Origin: Candidatus Latescibacterota bacterium
GTDB taxonomy: Bacteria; Latescibacterota; UBA2968; UBA8231
Assembly: GCA_965203175.1 (NCBI GenBank)
Contig: OZ241867.1
Coordinates: forward strand, 3,040,001-3,104,000
Direction: 5' to 3'
Length of the DNA: 64,000 nucleotides
Below the pieces are notes generated by a model. The model saw only the letters and a program-made list of their open reading frames with translations. It was not told where the DNA came from and did not search any database. This document shows positions 39,607-47,598 of this stretch, piece by piece. Within the stretch, counting starts at the first letter, position 1. The number at the start of each line of letters is the position of its first letter. The translations under genes were made by a program, and so were the position numbers.

Positions 39607-41310
39607 TCAACTCGAAGGCGCGGGCGGGTCGAGTTGAATTTGGGGAATTGCTTCTGCAAAGATGCGCACCTGATCGGCGTATTCCTCTCTGTAGCGGGCG
39701 ACCAATTCATTGAAACGCCGTTCTTGCTCTATGACGCGCAAGATCGCCGCTATGCGCTTGTGCACTGCTGCTAAGGGGGGAATTTTCCCGCCGTTGCGCT
39801 CTTTGAGGCGGAAAATGGAATACCCGCCGGTCACTGCTACCGGGCCGACTAAGACGCCGATTTCGGCTGCCATAGCATGATCCACCAGCGCGCCGTAGAT
39901 CGCCTTCTGATACGAGTGGAGGTGAATCTTTCCACGGCCTTCTGGACCGCCGTGGCGCTGGCTCAGGGAGGCCAGATCGGCTATGGTTTCGCCGCGGTCT
40001 AAACGCTGGCGCAGGGCCTTGGCTTGATTGTGGTCGTCAACTAATAGTTCGTCTAGCCATAATTCCACCGGGGTGCGAAATTGTTCCCGATGGTCTTGGT
40101 AGTACTGGGACACGGCCGCATCGGTTATGGTTATTTTGTCGCCGATCTCGCTTTGGCGCAGGGCGAGGATGAGCATTTCCTCGGTTTTGCGCTGCTTCCA
40201 GTAGCGCATGGCAGGGCTTTCGGCGTAGCCGGCCTCTTTGGCCGCGTGCCAGACCAGCGACTTGGGAATGGGCAATTTCCAGGCCGCGCGGATTATCTGC
40301 AAGCTGTCGCCTAGGGCTGGCACTTGGCGGCTGCGACGAAAAGATTCAATGTAATGGGTCGCGGTTATGCGGCCGCCGTCAAAAATGAACAGTGGCGCTG
40401 AGCCTTCTTTGGGGGCGAGTTTGGGATAGGGTTCGACTGCGGGGTCTTGGGCCATGAGGACGGCCAGGCCAGCGGAGTGCAGACGCAGATTTAAGGAAGT
40501 CGCCAATTCCTCGATCAGAGCCTGATGCTCGGCGACGAAGCGCTCTTTCCACACATTTTTGTACAGGTCTTGGCGATACCGGGCGAAATCGGCACGGCGT
40601 TCAGCGGTACAGAAAATTAGCTGGTAGTTTTTGCTCAGGGGCAGGATTTCGGACAGGGAACTTGGCTCTAGGCTGGCAAAGACTTGAACGGGAATGCCGT
40701 GATTGGCGGCACCGACGCGGTTGACATAGCCCAAATCGCCGCCGTGCTCGGCGGATTGCAGGTCGAGTGAATAGGCCCGGGCCAAGGCGGCGAAGTCGTC
40801 GGCAGTGGCTATCTGCTGGCGCAATTTCACTGCTTCGTCGCGGGTGTTGACCAAGAGGCGGAGCAAGCGCTTTTCGCGCTGGAAGTCGCCCGCGACAAAG
40901 AGGTCTTCGAGTTCCTCGTCAGAAATCTCGATCTGGGCACTTACTTTGACGCTTTGATAGGTGTTGATGACCTTTTCGCGAAATTTCCAGGCGAGTTTGT
41001 TCTTGAAGGTCAGCACCGTGTCCAAACCGTGGGTGCGGGCCGCGTGGGCCAGCAGTTTCTGGTCTATGAGCGATTGCAGATAGTCGCGGCGCGCGGCATC
41101 GCCGCTCTCTTTGGATTTTAGACCGGGGCCTAAAGAGGCAATGAGACGCTCTACTTCGACCACGAAAATAGAATCGCTGCCGACTTGGGCGACGGCGACC
41201 TCCGGCGCGGAGGGAGGTTGTACAGCGGCGGGGGATTGGTCCTGGGGCGTACAGGCAGACAGAGCCCAACTAAGCGCTGAATACGGTATTAAAACAATGG
41301 TGCGATACAT
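39607..41310 (-). CDS. Lipoprotein foldase with two parvulin/PpiC domains
   Basis: Lipobox LSAC, DFAALARAYSLD..SAEHGGDLG, ITDAAVSQYY, GVLVGPV....GYSIF. Confidence 0.82.
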   Translation of the reverse strand: MYRTIVLIPYSALSWALSACTPQDQSPAAVQPPSAPEVAVAQVGSDSIFVVEVERLIASLGPGLKSKESGDAARRDYLQSLIDQKLLAHAARTHGLDTVLTFKNKLAWKFREKVINTYQSVKVSAQIEISDEELEDLFVAGDFQREKRLLRLLVNTRDEAVKLRQQIATADDFAALARAYSLDLQSAEHGGDLGYVNRVGAANHGIPVQVFASLEPSSLSEILPLSKNYQLIFCTAERRADFARYRQDLYKNVWKERFVAEHQALIEELATSLNLRLHSAGLAVLMAQDPAVEPYPKLAPKEGSAPLFIFDGGRITATHYIESFRRSRQVPALGDSLQIIRAAWKLPIPKSLVWHAAKEAGYAESPAMRYWKQRKTEEMLILALRQSEIGDKITITDAAVSQYYQDHREQFRTPVELWLDELLVDDHNQAKALRQRLDRGETIADLASLSQRHGGPEGRGKIHLHSYQKAIYGALVDHAMAAEIGVLVGPVAVTGGYSIFRLKERNGGKIPPLAAVHKRIAAILRVIEQERRFNELVARYREEYADQVRIFAEAIPQIQLDPPAPSS

Positions 41311-41489
41311 GACGGTTCCTTTGCAGACTTAAGTGGGAGACAGTCGAGCGATCTGAGCCGTGGTTGAGCAAATTATAACCAATCGAAGGCGGCAGCAAAC
41401 GAGCGTTTTAGTCGTGGTAAAGCGCTAGCCGGTGCATGTTTGGCTTGGCTTTTGGTTCCGCTTGCTCAAGTGCCCGCCTTTTATTTTGC

Positions 41490-41519
41490 TTGATTTTTAA
41501 TTTTCAAATTTCGTACCTT
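41490..41519 (+). promoter_or_regulatory. Possible sigma70 promoter for the 41.7 kb operon
   Basis: TTGATT, 18 bp spacer, TACCTT in an AT-rich divergent intergenic region. Confidence 0.4.
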
Positions 41520-41663
41520 GCAGTTGGAGGAGTAAAGATTGGGAAATCTTAGTAGAATCGGCTTTTGTCCCACTCAATCGCGGAAAGGAGGAGAATGCAT
41601 TAGGCTCAGAGAAGTATTTCAGTTAGAACGCAAACTTCATCGTTTTACGAGAAAGGAACTCAC

Positions 41664-42554
41664 ATGACTCGTCGCATCACAACGGCTGCTGTGGCCCTTA
41701 CGTTGGGCCTAGCGGTCAACATTTCGGCGCACTCGCCCGAGGGTGCCATTTTTCCGGCCTTCCAGTGGCCAGCCGGCCTCGAGCCAGTACTGGACGGCGT
41801 TGGCAGTGAATACGATATCGTCCCCGATGCGTACTGGCAGACCACCGAGCAGTTTCCCGACACCCAAGGTGGACGGGAAATAGACGCGTCAAATTTCGAC
41901 GCCAAAGCCACGGTGACCTATAGCTTGGGGACCAACCGGCTCTATTTTTACAGCGAAGTATTCGACGATATCAACCGCCCAGGCGATACCTGGCAAATTC
42001 TCCTCGACGCTGATCACAGCGGTGGTGAGTGCTATCCGGGTGATGAGCGCTTGGACGGCTCTCAGTGCTATCAGACCGAAACCTACAACAATATCGGCGA
42101 CACGCTGTTGGGATCGGAAATTGTCCACTTCTTCTGGGGCGCAGCGACTTGGCTGCCCGAGGAGGGCTGGTACAATGCGGTGGCCACCTTTGAGGGCGAC
42201 CACTACGGTCCGGGGACGACCTGGCTAGAGATTCGTTTGGCTCCTACCGACGACATCAATCCCGCCGGTCCTGGAGAGTCGATCCTGCACGAGATGCAAG
42301 AGAACAATATAATCGGCATCCACTACAACTGGATGGATTACGATGTCGGCTGCCGCCAAGCACGCGAAGGCGAAGAGTGCGGCGGTTGGGACGCTTTCTA
42401 CAACCTGAGCCAGAGCGACATTGGTTTTAGGAACGCCGATGGCTGCAGCGACTTCTTCTTGTCGCCCGTTGATGAGAGCGTTGATTTCGGTGCTATGACC
42501 ACTTCGGTTGAAGCCACGACTTGGGGGCGGCTCAAGGCCGGTTTCGTCGATTAA
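41664..42554 (+). CDS. Secreted CBM9/DOMON-like protein with C-terminal TWGRLK tail
   Basis: Signal peptide ending ISA|H, PVLDG, NRLYFYSEVFDD, LLDADHSGG, tail TSVEATTWGRLKAG; AAGGA RBS. Confidence 0.75.
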   Translation: MTRRITTAAVALTLGLAVNISAHSPEGAIFPAFQWPAGLEPVLDGVGSEYDIVPDAYWQTTEQFPDTQGGREIDASNFDAKATVTYSLGTNRLYFYSEVFDDINRPGDTWQILLDADHSGGECYPGDERLDGSQCYQTETYNNIGDTLLGSEIVHFFWGAATWLPEEGWYNAVATFEGDHYGPGTTWLEIRLAPTDDINPAGPGESILHEMQENNIIGIHYNWMDYDVGCRQAREGEECGGWDAFYNLSQSDIGFRNADGCSDFFLSPVDESVDFGAMTTSVEATTWGRLKAGFVD

Positions 42555-42582
42555 GCTATCCTCCATATCCGGTGTTGTTTTC

Positions 42583-42617
42583 GCTGCCTGGTGTACCGAG
42601 ACGGTGCGCCAGGCAGC
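42583..42617 (+). terminator. 16-bp stem-loop (2 G:U pairs) downstream of 41664..42554
   Basis: gctgcctggtgtaccg-aga-cggtgcgccaggcagc followed by acatttt. Confidence 0.65.
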
Positions 42618-42648
42618 ACATTTTAACCCAATAAGTATGGAAGCTGCG

Positions 42649-44499
42649 ATGCTCCGCCTAGCGCTGCTGTCTTTGCTGATCCCGAACTTGTCTTGGGGGC
42701 TGACCATTTATCGAGTTGGTGGCTACGAGCTCCCCCAGCCCGAATTGGCGGACAATTCGGATGTGGAGTTTGTCCAGTTGAGTTGGGAGGACTTCGCCAC
42801 GGGAGCCGAGGGCGTGATGGTCGGCTTGGAGGTCGGCAATGAGGGACGGCTCGCCCCTGTATTCATTCCTTCGGATGAGAATATGGCGGTATCTTCCTTT
42901 GCCCGGGGCGGCGGTCCCGGCAGTTGGAAATACAATTTTCTCACCAAAGGCGAAGAAATCGATTTGATTGCCGACGGCGACTCAACCACTTTTCTCGACC
43001 CAGCGGTTCTAGTCGCGCGCTCGGAGTCGTCGCTGGTGTACCTCGACTTGGGCGGCCGCTTCCTAGTGAATCGAGTCGTCGTCTATCCCCGGCCAAACTA
43101 TCCCGACCGCTTGATCGAGGGCTATACCCTGTACTCATTGCCCAAGGGGACAATAAGGCCACAGGGTAAAAATGTAATCGCGCGGGGTATCGACAACCGA
43201 AATCCGCGGCTCGAAATCAACTTTGTCCCCCGCCTACTCGACCAGATACAACTCAATATCCACCAAAAAGAGGGTTGGGAAATCGCCGAGTTGGAAGTCT
43301 ATGGCGAGGGTTATGTATCCAGCGCGCTGTACGCTTCTGGAGCGTTCGACCTCGGCCAGCCGTCCAGTCTGGGTGAGATCCGCTGGGCGGGCTTCCAAGA
43401 TACCGGTGCCAAATTGATCCTCCGCACGCGCAGCGGCCACACGGTAGATCCCAACCGCTACTGGCGTTTTACCGGTCGTGGCGAGGAAAAAACCTTCCGC
43501 AATGCCCGAGGTGTGCCCTTGACCGCGGCGGACTACAACAAGCTGAAGGGCAACAAAGCCGAAATCACCACGGATCTGGACAATTGGAGTTCGTGGTCGG
43601 GGCCCTACGATTGGGCCGACAGTCTTGGCACGCCGATCATCTCGCCGGGTCCCCGACAATTCATCCAGATGCAATTGGACTTCGCGCCTAGTGGGCTGGA
43701 TGGTGCAGCCATCGATTTTATCGAATTCCGCGTCACGCAGCCGCCGGTGGCCGGCCGGGTACTCGGCGAGATCTGGCCGATTGAAGTAAAGCCAGGGGAA
43801 GAGACGGCCTTTGTCTATGCCATGCGGCCGGATTTTGTCGGGGGCGAAAGCGGCTTTGATCGTTTGGTGCTGGAGACTGCCGGCCAGTTCACCAGTGTCG
43901 ATTCCGTGCGCGTCAACGAGGAATTGCAGGATTGGCGACTCGCCGAGCCTTTGGCGGACCAGCGGCTGGTATTGGAAGTGGCGCGCATGGACCGGAGCAA
44001 GACTGGCCGCGTGGTGGAAATTTTCTTCAAGGGCCGGGTGTTCCGCTTTGGCACGGTCTTCGCTGCGCAAGTCTTCGATAGCCAACGCCCGCTAGAAGTG
44101 GGGCAGTTGGTGGAAGACGGAGATGCGACCTTCCGCCTAGACGGCAACCAGCGCTCGGTGGGAATTGAATTGGACCGCGAGATCGTCAGTGAGTTGGTGC
44201 TCAGTTCGCGGGTATTCACGCCCAATGGCGATCAGGTCAACGATCAGGTCCATATCGAGTACATCCTACTCGAATTGGCTGGGACCGGAGCGGTGGAAGT
44301 GGGCATATTCGATCTGGCGGGTCGCCGGGTGCGCCAGCTATACCGGGGTGCAGACACCAGCGGTCAATACGCCCGGACATGGGACGGCAGAGAAGATGGC
44401 GGGAGCGTGGTGGCACCGGGTCTCTATCTTTACCGAGTGCAGGTGGATACAGACGAGGGACAGACAGAACGCAGCGGACTAGTGGCCGTCGTGTATTGA
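42649..44499 (+). CDS. Secreted discoidin-like + FlgD-Ig/CHU_C-like protein (family member 3)
   Basis: MLRLALL signal (start 42637 or 42649), DLGGRFLVNRVVVYP, WEIAELEVYGEGY, GEIWP, FTPNGDQVND, ends VAVVY. Closest paralog is 35005..36843. Confidence 0.78.
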   Translation: MLRLALLSLLIPNLSWGLTIYRVGGYELPQPELADNSDVEFVQLSWEDFATGAEGVMVGLEVGNEGRLAPVFIPSDENMAVSSFARGGGPGSWKYNFLTKGEEIDLIADGDSTTFLDPAVLVARSESSLVYLDLGGRFLVNRVVVYPRPNYPDRLIEGYTLYSLPKGTIRPQGKNVIARGIDNRNPRLEINFVPRLLDQIQLNIHQKEGWEIAELEVYGEGYVSSALYASGAFDLGQPSSLGEIRWAGFQDTGAKLILRTRSGHTVDPNRYWRFTGRGEEKTFRNARGVPLTAADYNKLKGNKAEITTDLDNWSSWSGPYDWADSLGTPIISPGPRQFIQMQLDFAPSGLDGAAIDFIEFRVTQPPVAGRVLGEIWPIEVKPGEETAFVYAMRPDFVGGESGFDRLVLETAGQFTSVDSVRVNEELQDWRLAEPLADQRLVLEVARMDRSKTGRVVEIFFKGRVFRFGTVFAAQVFDSQRPLEVGQLVEDGDATFRLDGNQRSVGIELDREIVSELVLSSRVFTPNGDQVNDQVHIEYILLELAGTGAVEVGIFDLAGRRVRQLYRGADTSGQYARTWDGREDGGSVVAPGLYLYRVQVDTDEGQTERSGLVAVVY

Positions 44500-44524
44500 G
44501 CGGCATCCCACGGGAGGAAATAAT

Positions 44525-45394
44525 ATGGACAGCATTTATCTGCGATGGGCCGGATGTGGACACTTTGAGGCGCTGTTGGGCGATATCAACGTGTGTTTCG
44601 ACCCCTATCTCTTCGGCGAAGACCTAGAACGGGCCGAACCGATATTCGACTACATTTTTATCAGCCACGAGCACTTTGACCATTGTCATCCCAAGAGTCT
44701 GCGCAAACTCTGCCAGGGCGACCGCTGGAAAAAACTCTTCGTCCCCATTGGCTGTCTGACGCCCAACGAGCCTGTTGACGAAAAGTACGGCGATGCCGCT
44801 TTTGCGCGCGACCTGCCCATCACCAAGCACATCCCCGCAGACAAGGTCCAGGTGGTTTATCCCAAGTACCAGGATGTCGAGCGCTATGGCCGCCGCGAAT
44901 TTCCTGGGCCCTTTGAGTTCGATCTGGGGCCGATTCAGGTTGAAGTGTACGAAAGCGGCGAAAGCGCCCGCCCGGACCTGCCCACTTGCGCCTATCTAGT
45001 TACCCATGCTGCAAGAGACGTAGCCATTTTTCACACCGGGGATTTGCACGGGGCCTATCCGCCGCTGGAGAATCTGCGCGACCGCGTCGATTACCTGGTA
45101 CACATGAAGACGCCGATGGAGCCGCTCATCAATGCGGTGCAGCCCAAATTCGTCATTCCCACCCACTACCGCACCGACCGCCAGGCCGAGCCGATTCCGG
45201 CTGGTCATTGGCCGCCCAATCTGACCGACGTCAATGCTTTCCTAGAAGACCTCCGGGAGCAAATTGACGGCAAGGCCCAATTGCTGCCTTTTACCGCACC
45301 TATTCAATACGAAGTGGAGATGCCGGCCAAGAAGGTCAAGTGGAAGTGGGAATGGTACAATTCATGGGATGTTCCGGCTTGGAGAGAAGAGTAG
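44525..45394 (+). CDS. Metallo-beta-lactamase fold hydrolase (UlaG-like)
   Basis: FDPY, SHEHFDH (HxHxDH), FHTGD, IPTHY. Confidence 0.85.
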   Translation: MDSIYLRWAGCGHFEALLGDINVCFDPYLFGEDLERAEPIFDYIFISHEHFDHCHPKSLRKLCQGDRWKKLFVPIGCLTPNEPVDEKYGDAAFARDLPITKHIPADKVQVVYPKYQDVERYGRREFPGPFEFDLGPIQVEVYESGESARPDLPTCAYLVTHAARDVAIFHTGDLHGAYPPLENLRDRVDYLVHMKTPMEPLINAVQPKFVIPTHYRTDRQAEPIPAGHWPPNLTDVNAFLEDLREQIDGKAQLLPFTAPIQYEVEMPAKKVKWKWEWYNSWDVPAWREE

Positions 45395-45460
45395 GGACAA
45401 CGCTTGTGATTGACCAATCCCCTATGGACAGTGCGGGTTCGTCCTCTAAGAAAGAAAAGC

Positions 45461-47581
45461 ATGAGTAGGAAAATGTACGGCCTGCTCGCCCTGGCGTTGC
45501 TGTCGTTGGCAGCCGATGCCCCAGCGCAGACGATCGCCTTGGGGGGAGAGGGGCGTGCGTGGTCGGGCGGTGGGGAAGAAATCGACCCGCAATTCCGCTT
45601 GTCCAATACCGAGTTGGCCATTGGCAATACGCCGGGCGGCGTCATTGACTTCGCATTTGCCGAGGGGTGGATTTTTCCGCAACAGATCGACACGGGGCGA
45701 AATCTGGCCCTGGGCGCGGCCGACAGAGGCGGCGGCATGAGTTCGCCCCTGCCCTCGATCAGCCAAGAGTCGCTGGCGGCCATCATCGACGAGGATGCAG
45801 AAACGGCCTTTCGCCGCAAAGCCAGTGCCGCCGGGGAAGTGGTCATCGCCCGCGGCATTATTATGGACTTGGATTTGGGCGCGCGCTTTGGTGTCAACCG
45901 GATCCGATTTTTTCCGCGCAACACGGTTCGCGCCAATGAGGAGTTCAAGTTCGAAAACGACTTTATGCGAGGCTATTCTCTAGAACTGAACGACGGCAGC
46001 GAAGAGACGTCCGTAGAAGGCCGCCCGCAGTACACTACCTTCGTCCGGGTCGAGGACAATACGGATGCAGTCGTCGATTTGTCTTTGCCCCTGCAATTCG
46101 TGCGCTATGTGCGGCTGGTATCGCTGTCCAATATCGGCTTTGAAGTGGACGAGTTGGAAGTATTCGGCGCAGGCTTCGTGCCCGAAGCCCAGTACCTGTC
46201 GGATATTTTCGACTTAGGCGATCTGGCCAACTGGGGCAATCTGCGCTGGAGCGAGCGGCGCGAGGGCATAGCCGGTTTGTCGGATATTCGCGTCTTCACC
46301 CGTTCCGGCCGCGACACCACGCCCTTTGTCTTCAATCGCTTTAACGCCGATTTGCAGGAAGTGCCCTGGAAGGCGTCGGCCGAAATCAACGGCGTCTTGC
46401 TCGATGACTTGCCCATTGACGGGGCTTTTGACCAGTTCAATTCCCAACCCGAATCCGTCCGCCAGGACCTCACCCTCTCCCAGGCCGATCACGCCAGTCT
46501 CCCCCTCCAACAAAAAGCGCCCATCAGGGACGACCTAATCAACTGGAGCAATTGGTCGCCCCCCTATCCGTTAGAGGGCACGACCCCGGCTGGTACGCCC
46601 ATTGTCTCGCCTGGTCCGCGGCAGTACTTCCAGTTCAGGATCGATTTTGTCAGCCGCGATTTTCTCGCCGCGGCCGGAGTCGGCACCCTGTCCTTTGATG
46701 TGGCCAGACCCGTGCCAGCCGAAAAAATTGTCGGCGAAATCTTCCCCCGCGACGTCGCCGCCGGAGAGGTGGTGGAGTTTACCTATGGGGCGCGGGTGGG
46801 AGTCCGGCCGCAGGATACGGGTTTCAATCGCTTTGAAATATCCTCGCCGAGCATCTTTGAAAAAATCGGCCGCATAGAGGTGCTCAACGCCCGGGACGAG
46901 CTCATCGCGGGGGAGGATTTTGACGTGGCCCTCGCGGAGGCGCAATTGCCGCTGCACAAGGGCGAATTCAGCATTGAAAGCGCCGAGGATGGCCGCTTTG
47001 TCGTGGGCTTTCCATCCGTCGGCGATGGCGATTTGCTCAAGATCACTTTTACGACCTCGGTCCTGCGCTTTGGGCAGGGATTTGCCGGTAGGGCTTGGCT
47101 GGTCGATCCCAGCGTGGCAGACGAAGGGCAATTGCCGCAGTTGGTCGTGCCGGGCAATGCGGCCCAACTGGGAGCCGCAGATGTGGACCCGCGGCCGGTG
47201 GGCAGCGAGGATTTGACCGCGGTGGATAACAATCTGGCGGTGCGCATTGCCATCAAGGGATCGCTGCTGGGCCAGCTCCAAGTGACCCCCGAGATTTTTA
47301 CCCCCAACGGCGACGGAATCAACGATGCAACTGCGGTTCATTTCGAGGTGCTGCGGCTGGGCGTAGGTGCTCCGCTGAGGGTGGAGATTCGCGATTTGAG
47401 CGGTCGTTTTATTGCCGCGGCCTTTGCTGACGACCGGGCTAGCGGTCGCTTTACAGCCACTTGGGATGGGCGGGATGGCAACGGCGCTGTGGTGGCACCT
47501 GGCATCTATTTGGTCCGCGTCTTGCTCGATACCAATGTCGGCTCCGAGGCAAAAACCGGCCTCGTTAGCGTGGTGTACTGA
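45461..47581 (+). CDS. Secreted discoidin-like + FlgD-Ig/CHU_C-like protein (family member 4)
   Basis: Signal peptide, DLGARFGVNRIRFFP, FEVDELEVFGAGF, WSNWSPPY, SPGPRQYFQF, GEIFP, FTPNGDGIND, ends VSVVY. Confidence 0.78.
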   Translation: MSRKMYGLLALALLSLAADAPAQTIALGGEGRAWSGGGEEIDPQFRLSNTELAIGNTPGGVIDFAFAEGWIFPQQIDTGRNLALGAADRGGGMSSPLPSISQESLAAIIDEDAETAFRRKASAAGEVVIARGIIMDLDLGARFGVNRIRFFPRNTVRANEEFKFENDFMRGYSLELNDGSEETSVEGRPQYTTFVRVEDNTDAVVDLSLPLQFVRYVRLVSLSNIGFEVDELEVFGAGFVPEAQYLSDIFDLGDLANWGNLRWSERREGIAGLSDIRVFTRSGRDTTPFVFNRFNADLQEVPWKASAEINGVLLDDLPIDGAFDQFNSQPESVRQDLTLSQADHASLPLQQKAPIRDDLINWSNWSPPYPLEGTTPAGTPIVSPGPRQYFQFRIDFVSRDFLAAAGVGTLSFDVARPVPAEKIVGEIFPRDVAAGEVVEFTYGARVGVRPQDTGFNRFEISSPSIFEKIGRIEVLNARDELIAGEDFDVALAEAQLPLHKGEFSIESAEDGRFVVGFPSVGDGDLLKITFTTSVLRFGQGFAGRAWLVDPSVADEGQLPQLVVPGNAAQLGAADVDPRPVGSEDLTAVDNNLAVRIAIKGSLLGQLQVTPEIFTPNGDGINDATAVHFEVLRLGVGAPLRVEIRDLSGRFIAAAFADDRASGRFTATWDGRDGNGAVVAPGIYLVRVLLDTNVGSEAKTGLVSVVY

Positions 47582-47598
47582 ACGGGAGGGCGTTTTCT

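Noticed and set aside
36990-45394. Kelch and MBL-fold genes as parts of the envelope system
   Set aside because: Both lack signal peptides and occur once; nothing beyond adjacency links them.
7988-47341. Long antisense/alternative-frame ORFs (e.g. 7988..8908, 11671..12465, 43234..44085, 46571..47341)
   Set aside because: They are shadow ORFs of high-GC coding genes, with no motifs, and overlap well-supported CDSs.
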